Assembly (NCBI GenBank): GCA_053919585.1
Contig: CM132825.1
DNA length: 64,000 bases
Direction: 5' to 3' (one strand)
DNA from: Euprymna scolopes
Taxonomy: Eukaryota
In this document: positions 11,155 through 24,000 of the stretch, piece after piece
Position numbering within the stretch: the first letter of the stretch is position 1
Layout of the letters: the number at the start of each line of letters is the position of its first letter
Notes under the pieces: model-generated
What the model was told of the DNA's origin: nothing
Seen by the model: only the letters and a program-made list of their open reading frames with translations
Databases searched by the model: none
Translations under genes and position numbers: made by a program

Positions 11155-11603
11155 AGTCCTTCTTTTTTATGTGGGAAATATCCAGCTCAAACACTCTGAG
11201 TCGGAACAAAAATGAAAATTGCCTCAGTCTAGAAGGATTTTTCTTTCATTGGACAAGGAGAGAATAGGTGAAATATAACACCAGAACAGATACTACATTT
11301 TGTTAACATTCAATCGATTTAACCTCCGACCGAAATTATGTGCAGATTCTTGAGTTCAACATAAAAATTCCCAAGTTTGAGAACACAAAACAGAACAATT
11401 AGTATATTGATATAGATATTTTTTAATTGGAGGGATAGGGGCCCTGTTCTTTTAACGATATCTCCCGCAAGAACTGTGTAAAAATTTATTTTCTATCAAT
11501 ATTTATTCAATAATTGCCCTTTTATTCAAGCTGGCCACTATGGCACTTTTCCGTTGACTTTTCTTTTGTTGCCTTTTTTCCATTGCCCAATTTTCCTAAA
11601 TTC

Positions 11604-11933
11604 ATAAATTTAATGTAAAATGATCACCCGTCTTCGGACCATTCCAATTGTTTTAAAGCAGTTAACTAATTTTTTTTTGGCCACTGGCTCCAAAGCCCAA
11701 TCAGCAAAATCATAAAACCACAAGTAATCGCTTTATTTTTTGTATTATCACCCGGACTTAGGGTTAGCAGTAGGAAGAGTCGTGCCTTTTATGACTTTTG
11801 ATAATGAAATATTTTATACTACAGTTTGACCAGAAACATGAACACGACCAAAATTAAAAACACACAAAATCCATTACATGTTCTTAAAACACTGTCTGGT
11901 TCAAAAAAGTTAATCATTTTACATTAAATTTAT
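11604..11933. mobile_element. Old MITE-like element defined by terminal inverted repeats
   Basis: ATAAATTTAATGTAAAATGAT (11604-11624) / ATCATTTTACATTAAATTTAT (11913-11933) is a perfect 21-bp inverted repeat, with degraded symmetry further in (TGTTTTAA / TTAAAACA). Confidence 0.55.
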
Positions 11934-14900
11934 ATGCGAAATGTTTTTCAGTTTGCTTACATGCAATAGACTAAACAATGGCAAATAGACATTTTCTTTT
12001 GCACAACAAAAAGTTATAATTGAGATTGGCGAAAATTGGAAACAAAAAACACTGATAATTTCATGAGAACCCAGTATTTACATGAACCCCGTTTTAGAGA
12101 TAAGTGTCAAACATTAAAAACATTACCTATAAACACTGATAATTTCATGAGAATACAGTATTTACATGAACACCGTTTTAGAGATAAGTGTCAAACATTA
12201 AAAACATTTCCTATAAACACTGATAATTTCATGAGAATACAGTATTTACATGAACACCGTTTTAGAGATAAGTGTCAAACATTAAAAACATTACCTATAA
12301 ACCCTGATAAGTTCATGAGAATACAGTATTTACATGAACACCGTTTTAGAGATAAGTGTCAAAAATTTAAAACATTACCTATAAACACTGATAATTTCAT
12401 GTGATTACAGTATTTACATGAACACCGTTTTAGAGATAAGTGTCAAAAACTAAAAACATTACCTATAAACACTGATAATTTAATGAGAATACAGTATTTA
12501 CATGAACACCGTTTTAGAGATAAGTGTCAAAAACTAAAAACATTACCTATAAACACTGATAATTTCATGAGAATACAGTATTTACATGAACACCGTTTTA
12601 GAGATAAGTGTCAAAAACTAAAAACATTACCTATAAACACTGATAATTTCATGAGAATACAGTATTTACATGAACACCGTTTTAGAGATAAGTGTCAAAA
12701 ACTAAAAACATTACCTATAAACACTGATAATTTCATGAGAATTCAGTATTTACATGGACACCGTTTTAGAGATAAGTGTAAAAAATTAAAAACATTACCT
12801 ATAAACACTGATAATTTCATGAGAATACAGTATTTACATGAACACCGTTTTAGAGATAAGTGTCAAAAACTAAAAACATTACCTATAAACACTGATAATT
12901 TCATGAGAATTCAGTATTTACATGAACACCGTTTTAGAGATAAGTGTCAAAAATTTAACACATTACCTATAAACACTGATAATTTCATGAGAATACAGTA
13001 TTTACATGAACACCGTTTTAGAGATAAGTGTCAAAAATTAAAAACATTACCTATAAACACTGATAAGTTCATGAGAATACAGTATTTACATGAACACCGT
13101 TTTAGAGATAAGTGTCAAAAACTAAAAACATTACCTATAAACACTGATAATTTCATGAGAATTCAGTAGTTACATGAACACCGTTTTAGAGATAAGTGTC
13201 AAAAATTAAAAACATTACCTATAAACACTGATAATTTAATGAGAATACAGTATTTACATGAACACCGTTTTAGAGATAAGTGTCAAAAACTAAAAACATT
13301 ACCTATAAACACTGATAATTTCATGAGAATACAGTATTTACATGAACACCGTTTTAGAGATAAGTGTCAAAAACTAAAAACATTACCTATAAACACTGAT
13401 AATTTCATGAGAATACAGTATTTACATGAACACCGTTTTAGAGATAAGTGTCAAAAACTAAAAACATTACCTATAAACACTGATAATTTCATGAGAATTC
13501 AGTATTTACATGGACACCGTTTTAGAGATAAGTGTAAAAAATTAAAAACATTACCTATAAACACTGATAATTTCATGAGAATACAGTATTTACATGAACA
13601 CCGTTTTAGAGATAAGTGTCAAAAACTAAAAACATTACCTATAAACACTGATAATTTCATGAGAATTCAGTATTTACATGAACACCGTTTTAGAGATAAG
13701 TGTCAAAAATTAAAAACATTACCTATAAACACTGATAATTTCATGAGAATACAGTATTTACATGAACACCGTTTTAGAGATAAGTGTCAAAAATTTAAAA
13801 CATTACCTATAAACACTGATAATTTCATGAGAATACAGTATTTACATGAACACCGTTTTAGAGATAAGTGTCAAAAACTAAAAACATTACCTATAAACAC
13901 TGATAATTTCATGAGAATTCAGTAGTTACATGAACACCGTTTTAGAGATGTGTCAAAAATTAAAAACATTACCTATAAACACTGATAATTTCATGAGAAT
14001 ACAGTATTTACATGAACACCGTTTTAGAGATAAGTGTCAAAAACTAAAAACATTACCTATAAACACTGATAATTTCATTAGAATTCAGTATTTACATGAA
14101 CACCGTTTTAGAGATAAGTGTCAAAAATTAAAAACATTACCTATAAACACTGATAATTTCATGAGAATACAGTATTTACATGAACACCGTTTAAGAGATA
14201 AGTGTCAAAAACTAAAAACATTACCTATAAACACTGATAATTTCATGAGAATACAGTATTTACATGAACACCGTTTTAGAGATAAGTGTCAAAAACTAAA
14301 AACATTACCTATAAACACGGATAATTTCATGAGAATACAGTATTTATATGAACACCATTTTAGAGATAAGTGTAAAAATTAAAAACATTACCTATAAACA
14401 CTGATAAGTTCATGAGAATACAGTATTTACATGGACACCGTTTTAGAGATAAGTGTCAAAAATTAAAAACATTACCTATAAAAAACTGATAAGTTCATGA
14501 GAATACAGTATTTACATGAACACCGTTTTAGAGATAAGTGTCAAAAACTAAAAACATTACCTATAAACACTGATAATTTCATGAGAATTCAGTATTTACA
14601 TGAACACCGTTTTAGAGATAAGTGTCAAAAATTAAAAACATTACCTATAAACACTGATAATTTCATGAGAATACAGTATTTACATGAACACCGTTTTAGA
14701 GATAAGTGTCAAAAATTAAAAACATTACCTATAAACACTGATAATTTAATGAGAATACAGTATTTACATGAACACCGTTTTAGAGATAAGTGTCAAAAAC
14801 TAAAAAACATTACCTATAAACACTGATAATTTCATGAGAATTCAGTAGTTACATGAACACCGTTTTAGAGATAAGTGTCAAAAATTAAAAACATTACCTA

Positions 14901-15099
14901 TAAACACTGATAATTTCATGAGAATACAGTATTTACATGAACACCGTTTTAGAGATAAGTGTCAAAAATTAAAAACATTACCTATAAACACTGATAATTT
15001 CATGAGAATACAGTATTTACATGAACACCGTTTTAGAGATAAGTGTCAAAAACTAAAAACATTACCTATAAACACTGATAATTTCATGAGAATTCAGTA

Positions 15100-18000
15100 G
15101 TTACATGAACACCGTTTTAGAGATAAGTGTCAAAAATTAAAAACATTACCTATAAACACTGATAATTTCATGAGAATACAGTATTTACATGAACACCGTT
15201 TTAGAGATAAGTGTCAAAAACTAAAAACATTACCTATAAACACTGATAATTTCATGAGAATTCAGTATTTACATGAACACCGTTTTAGAGATAAGTGTCA
15301 AAAATTAAAAACATTACCTATAAACACTGATAATTTCATGAGAATACAGTATTTACATGAACACCGTTTAAGAGATAAGTGTCAAAAACTAAAAACATTA
15401 CCTATAAACACTGATAATTTCATGAGAATACAGTATTTACATGAACACCGTTTTAGAGATAAGTGTCAAAAACTAAAAACATTACCTATAAACACTGATA
15501 ATTTCATGAGAATACAGTATTTACATGAACACCATTTTAGAGATAAGTGTAAAAATTAAAAACATTACCTATAAACACTGATAAGTTCATGAGAATACAG
15601 TATTTACATGAACACCGTTTTAGAGATAAGTGTCAAAAATTTAAAACATTACCTATAAACACTGATAATTTCATGAGAATACAGTATTTACATGAACACC
15701 GTTTTAGAGATAAGTGTCAAAAATTAAAAACATTACCTATAAACACTGATAATTTCATGAGAATACAGTATTTACATGAACACCGTTTTAGAGATAAGTG
15801 TCAAAAACTAAAAACATTACCTATAAACACTGATAATTTCATGAGAATACAGTATTTACATGAACACCATTTTAGAGATAAGTGTCAAAAATTAAAAACA
15901 TTACCTATAAACACTGATAAGTTCATGAGAATACAGTATTTACATGAACACCGTTTTAGAGATAAGTGTCAAAAATTTAAAACATTACCTATAAACACTG
16001 ATAATTTCATGAGAATACAGTATTTATATGAACACCGTTTTAGAGATAAGTGTCAAAAATTAAAAACATTACCTATAAACACTGATAAGTTCATGAGAAT
16101 ACAGTATTTACATGAACACCGTTTTAGAGATAAGTGTCAAAAACTAAAAACATTACCTATAAACACTCATAATTTCATGAGAATACAGTATTAACATGAA
16201 CACCGTTTTAGAGATAAGTGTCAAAAACTAAAAACATTACCTATAAACACTGATAATTTCATGAGAATACAGTATTTACATGAACACCGTTTTAGAGATA
16301 AGTGTCAAAAATTTAAAACATTACCTATAAACACTGATAATTTCATGAGAATACAGTATTTATATGAACACCGTTTTAGAGATAAGTGTCAAAAATTAAA
16401 AACATTACCTATAAACACTGATAATTTCATGAGAATACAGTATTAACATGAACACCGTTTTAGAGATAAGTGTCAAAAACTAAAAACATTACCTATAAAC
16501 ACTGATAATTTCATGAGAATACAGTATTAACATGAACACCGTTTTAGAGATAAATGTCAAAAACTAAAAACATTACCTATAAACACTGATAATTTCATGA
16601 GAATACAGTATTTACATGAACACCGTTTTAGAGATGAGTGTCAAAAACTAAAAACATTACCTATAAACACTGATAATTTCATGAGAATACAGTATTTATA
16701 TGAACACCGTTTTAGAGATAAGTGTCAAAAACTAAAAACATTACCTATAAACACTGATAATTTCATGAGAATACAGTATTTATATGAACACCGTTTTAGA
16801 GATAAGTGTCAAAAACTAAAAACATTACCTATAAACACTGATAATTTCATGAGAATACAGTATTTACATGAACACCGTTTTAGAGATAAGTGTCAAAAAC
16901 TAAAAACATTACCTATAAACACTGATAATTTCATGAGAATACAGTATTTATATGAACACCGTTTTAGAGATAAGTGTCAAAAACTAAAAACATTACCTAT
17001 AAACACTGATAATTTCATGAGAATACAGTATTTACATGAACACCGTTTTAGAGATAAGTGTCAAAAACTAAAAACATTACCTATAAACACTGATAATTTC
17101 ATGAGAATACAGTATTTATATGAACACCGTTTTAGAGATAAGTGTCAAAAATTAAAAACATTACCTATAAACACTGATAATTTCATGAGAATACAGTATT
17201 TACATGAACACCGTTTTAGAGATAAGTGTCAAAAATTTAAAACATTACCTATAAACACTGATAATTTCATGAGATGACAGTATTTACATGAACACCGTTT
17301 TAGAGATAAGTGTCAAAAACTAAAAACATTACCTATCAACACTGATAATTTCATGAGAATACAGTATTTACATGAACACTGTTTAAGAGATAAGTGTCAA
17401 AAACTAAAAACATTACCTATAAACACTGATAATTTCATGAGAATACAGTATTTACATGAACACCGTTTTAGAGATAAGTGTCAAAAACTAAAAACATTAC
17501 CTATAAACACTGATAATTTCATGAGAATACAGTATTTACATGAACACCATTTTAGAGATAAGTGTAAAAATTAAAAACATTACCTATAAACACTGATAAG
17601 TTCATGAGAATACAGTATTTACATGAACACCGTTTTAGAGATAAGTGTCAAAAATTTAAAACATTACCTATAAACACTGATAATTTCATGAGATGACAGT
17701 ATTTACATGAACACCGTTTTAGAGATAAGTGTCAAAAATTAAAAACATTACCTATAAACACTGATAATTTCATGAGAATACAGTATTTACATGAACACCG
17801 TTTTAGAGATAAGTGTCAAAAACTAAAAACATTACCTATAAACACTGATAATTTCATGAGAATACAGTATTTACATGAACACCATTTTAGAGATAAGTGT
17901 CAAAAATTAAAAACATTACCTATAAACACTGATAAGTTCATGAGAATACAGTATTTACATGAACACCGTTTTAGAGATAAGTGTCAAAAATTTAAAACAT

Positions 18001-21000
18001 TACCTATAAACACTGATAATTTCATGAGAATACAGTATTTATATGAACACCGTTTTAGAGATAAGTGTCAAAAATTAAAAACATTACCTATAAACACTGA
18101 TAAGTTCATGAGAATACAGTATTTACATGAACACCGTTTTAGAGATAAGTGTCAAAAACTAAAAACATTACCTATAAACACTCATAATTTCATGAGAATA
18201 CAGTATTAACATGAACACCGTTTTAGAGATAAGTGTCAAAAACTAAAAACATTACCTATAAACACTGATAATTTCATGAGAATACAGTATTTACATGAAC
18301 ACCGTTTTAGAGATAAGTGTCAAAAATTTAAAACATTACCTATAAACACTGATAATTTCATGAGAATACAGTATTTATATGAACACCGTTTTAGAGATAA
18401 GTGTCAAAAATTAAAAACATTACCTATAAACACTGATAATTTCATGAGAATACAGTATTAACATGAACACCGTTTTAGAGATAAGTGTCAAAAACTAAAA
18501 ACATTACCTATAAACACTGATAATTTCATGAGAATACAGTATTAACATGAACACCGTTTTAGAGATAAATGTCAAAAACTAAAAACATTACCTATAAACA
18601 CTGATAATTTCATGAGAATACAGTATTTACATGAACACCGTTTTAGAGATGAGTGTCAAAAACTAAAAACATTACCTATAAACACTGATAATTTCATGAG
18701 AATACAGTATTTATATGAACACCGTTTTAGAGATAAGTGTCAAAAACTAAAAACATTACCTATAAACACTGATAATTTCATGAGAATACAGTATTTATAT
18801 GAACACCGTTTTAGAGATAAGTGTCAAAAACTAAAAACATTACCTATAAACACTGATAATTTCATGAGAATACAGTATTTACATGAACACCGTTTTAGAG
18901 ATAAGTGTCAAAAACTAAAAACATTACCTATAAACACTGATAATTTCATGAGAATACAGTATTTATATGAACACCGTTTTAGAGATAAGTGTCAAAAACT
19001 AAAAACATTACCTATAAACACTGATAATTTCATGAGAATACAGTATTTACATGAACACCGTTTTAGAGATAAGTGTCAAAAACTAAAAACATTACCTATA
19101 AACACTGATAATTTCATGAGAATACAGTATTTATATGAACACCGTTTTAGAGATAAGTGTCAAAAATTAAAAACATTACCTATAAACACTGATAATTTCA
19201 TGAGAATACAGTATTTACATGAACACCGTTTTAGAGATAAGTGTCAAAAATTTAACACATTACCTATAAACACTGATAATTTCATGAGATGACAGTATTT
19301 ACATGAACACCGTTTAAGAGATAAGTGTCAAAAACTAAAAACATTACCTATCAACACTGATAATTTCATGAGAATACAGTATTTACATGAACACCATTTT
19401 AGAGATAAGTGTCAAAAAATAAAAACATTACCTATAAACACTGATAAGTTCATGAGAATTCGGTATTTACATGAACACCGTTTTAGAGATAAGTGTCAAA
19501 AATTAAAAACATTACCTATAAACACTGATAATTTCATGAGAATACAGTATTTACATGAACACCGTTTTAGAGATAAGTGTCAAAAACTAAAAACATTACC
19601 TATAAACACTGATAATTTCATGAGAATACAGTATTTACATGAACACCGTTTTAGAGATAAGTGTCAAAAACTAAAAACATTACCTATAAACACTGATAAT
19701 TTAATGAGAATTCAGTATTTACATGAACACCGTTTTAGAGATAAGTGTCAAAAATTAAAAACATTACCTATAAACACTGATAATTTCATGAGAATACAGT
19801 ATTTACATGAACACCGTTTTAGAGATAAGTGTCAAAAACTAAAAACATTACCTATAAACACTGATAATTTCATGAGAATTCAGTAGTTACATGAACACCG
19901 TTTTAGAGACAGGTGTCAAAAACTAAAAACATTACCTATAAACACTGATAATTTCATGAGAATACAGTATTTACATGAACACCGTTTTAGAGATAAGTGT
20001 CAAAAACTAAAAACATTACCTATAAACACTGATAATTTCATGAGAATTCAGTATTTACATGAACACCGTTTTAGAGATAAGTGTCAAAAATTAAAAACAT
20101 TACCTATAAACACTGATAATTTCATGAGAATACAGTATTTACATGAACACCGTTTAAGAGATTAGTGTCAAAAACTAAAAACATTACCTATAAACACTGA
20201 TAATTTCATGAGAATACAGTATTTACATGAACACCGTTTTAGAGATAAGTGTCAAAAACTAAAAACATTACCTATAAACACTGATAATTTCATGAGAATA
20301 CAGTATTTACATGAACACCATTTTAGAGATAAGTGTAAAAATTAAAAACATTACCTATAAACACTGATAAGTTCATGAGAATACAGTATTTACATGAACA
20401 CCGTTTTAGAGATAAGTGTCAAAAATTTAAAACATTACCTATAAACACTGATAATTTCATGAGAATACAGTATTTACATGAACACCGTTTTAGAGATAAG
20501 TGTCAAAAATTAAAAACATTACCTATAAACACTGATAATTTCATGAGAATACAGTATTTACATGAACACCGTTTTAGAGATAAGTGTCAAAAACTAAAAA
20601 CATTACCTATAAACACTGATAATTTCATGAGAATACAGTATTTACATGAACACCATTTTAGAGATAAGTGTCAAAAATTAAAAACATTACCTATAAACAC
20701 TGATAAGTTCATGAGAATACAGTATTTACATGAACACCGTTTTAGAGATAAGTGTCAAAAATTTAAAACATTACCTATAAACACTGATAATTTCATGAGA
20801 ATACAGTATTTATATGAACACCGTTTTAGAGATAAGTGTCAAAAATTAAAAACATTACCTATAAACACTGATAAGTTCATGAGAATACAGTATTTACATG
20901 AACACCGTTTTAGAGATAAGTGTCAAAAACTAAAAACATTACCTATAAACACTCATAATTTCATGAGAATACAGTATTAACATGAACACCGTTTTAGAGA

Positions 21001-24000
21001 TAAGTGTCAAAAACTAAAAACATTACCTATAAACACTGATAATTTCATGAGAATACAGTATTTACATGAACACCGTTTTAGAGATAAGTGTCAAAAATTT
21101 AAAACATTACCTATAAACACTGATAATTTCATGAGAATACAGTATTTATATGAACACCGTTTTAGAGATAAGTGTCAAAAATTAAAAACATTACCTATAA
21201 ACACTGATAATTTCATGAGAATACAGTATTAACATGAACACCGTTTTAGAGATAAGTGTCAAAAACTAAAAACATTACCTATAAACACTGATAATTTCAT
21301 GAGAATACAGTATTAACATGAACACCGTTTTAGAGATAAATGTCAAAAACTAAAAACATTACCTATAAACACTGATAATTTCATGAGAATACAGTATTTA
21401 CATGAACACCGTTTTAGAGATGAGTGTCAAAAACTAAAAACATTACCTATAAACACTGATAATTTCATGAGAATACAGTATTTATATGAACACCGTTTTA
21501 GAGATAAGTGTCAAAAACTAAAAACATTACCTATAAACACTGATAATTTCATGAGAATACAGTATTTATATGAACACCGTTTTAGAGATAAGTGTCAAAA
21601 ACTAAAAACATTACCTATAAACACTGATAATTTCATGAGAATACAGTATTTACATGAACACCGTTTTAGAGATAAGTGTCAAAAACTAAAAACATTACCT
21701 ATAAACACTGATAATTTCATGAGAATACAGTATTTATATGAACACCGTTTTAGAGATAAGTGTCAAAAACTAAAAACATTACCTATAAACACTGATAATT
21801 TCATGAGAATACAGTATTTACATGAACACCGTTTTAGAGATAAGTGTCAAAAACTAAAAACATTACCTATAAACACTGATAATTTCATGAGAATACAGTA
21901 TTTATATGAACACCGTTTTAGAGATAAGTGTCAAAAATTAAAAACATTACCTATAAACACTGATAATTTCATGAGAATACAGTATTTACATGAACACCGT
22001 TTTAGAGATAAGTGTCAAAAATTTAAAACATTACCTATAAACACTGATAATTTCATGAGATGACAGTATTTACATGAACACCGTTTTAGAGATAAGTGTC
22101 AAAAACTAAAAACATTACCTATCAACACTGATAATTTCATGAGAATACAGTATTTACATGAACACTGTTTAAGAGATAAGTGTCAAAAACTAAAAACATT
22201 ACCTATAAACACTGATAATTTCATGAGAATACAGTATTTACATGAACACCGTTTTAGAGATAAGTGTCAAAAACTAAAAACATTACCTATAAACACTGAT
22301 AATTTCATGAGAATACAGTATTTACATGAACACCATTTTAGAGATAAGTGTAAAAATTAAAAACATTACCTATAAACACTGATAAGTTCATGAGAATACA
22401 GTATTTACATGAACACCGTTTTAGAGATAAGTGTCAAAAATTTAAAACATTACCTATAAACACTGATAATTTCATGAGATGACAGTATTTACATGAACAC
22501 CGTTTTAGAGATAAGTGTCAAAAATTAAAAACATTACCTATAAACACTGATAATTTCATGAGAATACAGTATTTACATGAACACCGTTTTAGAGATAAGT
22601 GTCAAAAACTAAAAACATTACCTATAAACACTGATAATTTCATGAGAATACAGTATTTACATGAACACCATTTTAGAGATAAGTGTCAAAAATTAAAAAC
22701 ATTACCTATAAACACTGATAAGTTCATGAGAATACAGTATTTACATGAACACCGTTTTAGAGATAAGTGTCAAAAATTTAAAACATTACCTATAAACACT
22801 GATAATTTCATGAGAATACAGTATTTATATGAACACCGTTTTAGAGATAAGTGTCAAAAATTAAAAACATTACCTATAAACACTGATAAGTTCATGAGAA
22901 TACAGTATTTACATGAACACCGTTTTAGAGATAAGTGTCAAAAACTAAAAACATTACCTATAAACACTCATAATTTCATGAGAATACAGTATTAACATGA
23001 ACACCGTTTTAGAGATAAGTGTCAAAAACTAAAAACATTACCTATAAACACTGATAATTTCATGAGAATACAGTATTTACATGAACACCGTTTTAGAGAT
23101 AAGTGTCAAAAACTAAAAACATTACCTATAAACACTGATAATTTCATGAGAATACAGTATTTATATGAACACCGTTTTAGAGATAAGTGTCAAAAACTAA
23201 AAACATTACCTATAAACACTGATAATTTCATGAGAATACAGTATTTACATGAACACCGTTTTAGAGATAAGTGTCAAAAACTAAAAACATTACCTATAAA
23301 CACTGATAATTTCATGAGAATACAGTATTTATATGAACACCGTTTTAGAGATAAGTGTCAAAAATTAAAAACATTACCTATAAACACTGATAATTTCATG
23401 AGAATACAGTATTTACATGAACACCGTTTTAGAGATAAGTGTCAAAAATTTAACACATTACCTATAAACACTGATAATTTCATGAGATGACAGTATTTAC
23501 ATGAACACCGTTTAAGAGATAAGTGTCAAAAACTAAAAACATTACCTATCAACACTGATAATTTCATGAGAATACAGTATTTACATGAACACCATTTTAG
23601 AGATAAGTGTCAAAAAATAAAAACATTACCTATAAACACTGATAAGTTCATGAGAATTCGGTATTTACATGAACACCGTTTTAGAGATAAGTGTCAAAAA
23701 TTAAAAACATTACCTATAAACACTGATAATTTCATGAGAATACAGTATTTACATGAACACCGTTTTAGAGATAAGTGTCAAAAACTAAAAACATTACCTA
23801 TAAACACTGATAATTTCATGAGAATACAGTATTTACATGAACACCGTTTTAGAGATAAGTGTCAAAAACTAAAAACATTACCTATAAACACTGATAATTT
23901 AATGAGAATTCAGTATTTACATGAACACCGTTTTAGAGATAAGTGTCAAAAATTAAAAACATTACCTATAAACACTGATAATTTCATGAGAATACAGTAT

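Larger units (their letters stand above)
3841..11520. mobile_element. Non-autonomous TIR DNA element split by the Gypsy insertion
   Basis: Perfect 26-bp inverted repeat AGGGCAATTATTGAATAAATATTGAT (3841-3866) / ATCAATATTTATTCAATAATTGCCCT (11495-11520). Weaker subterminal symmetry: CCCCCTCCCTCAAAATT vs AATTGGAGGGATAGGGG. TTT lies on both flanks. Superfamily unresolved (Harbinger- or Kolobok-like termini). Confidence 0.6.
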
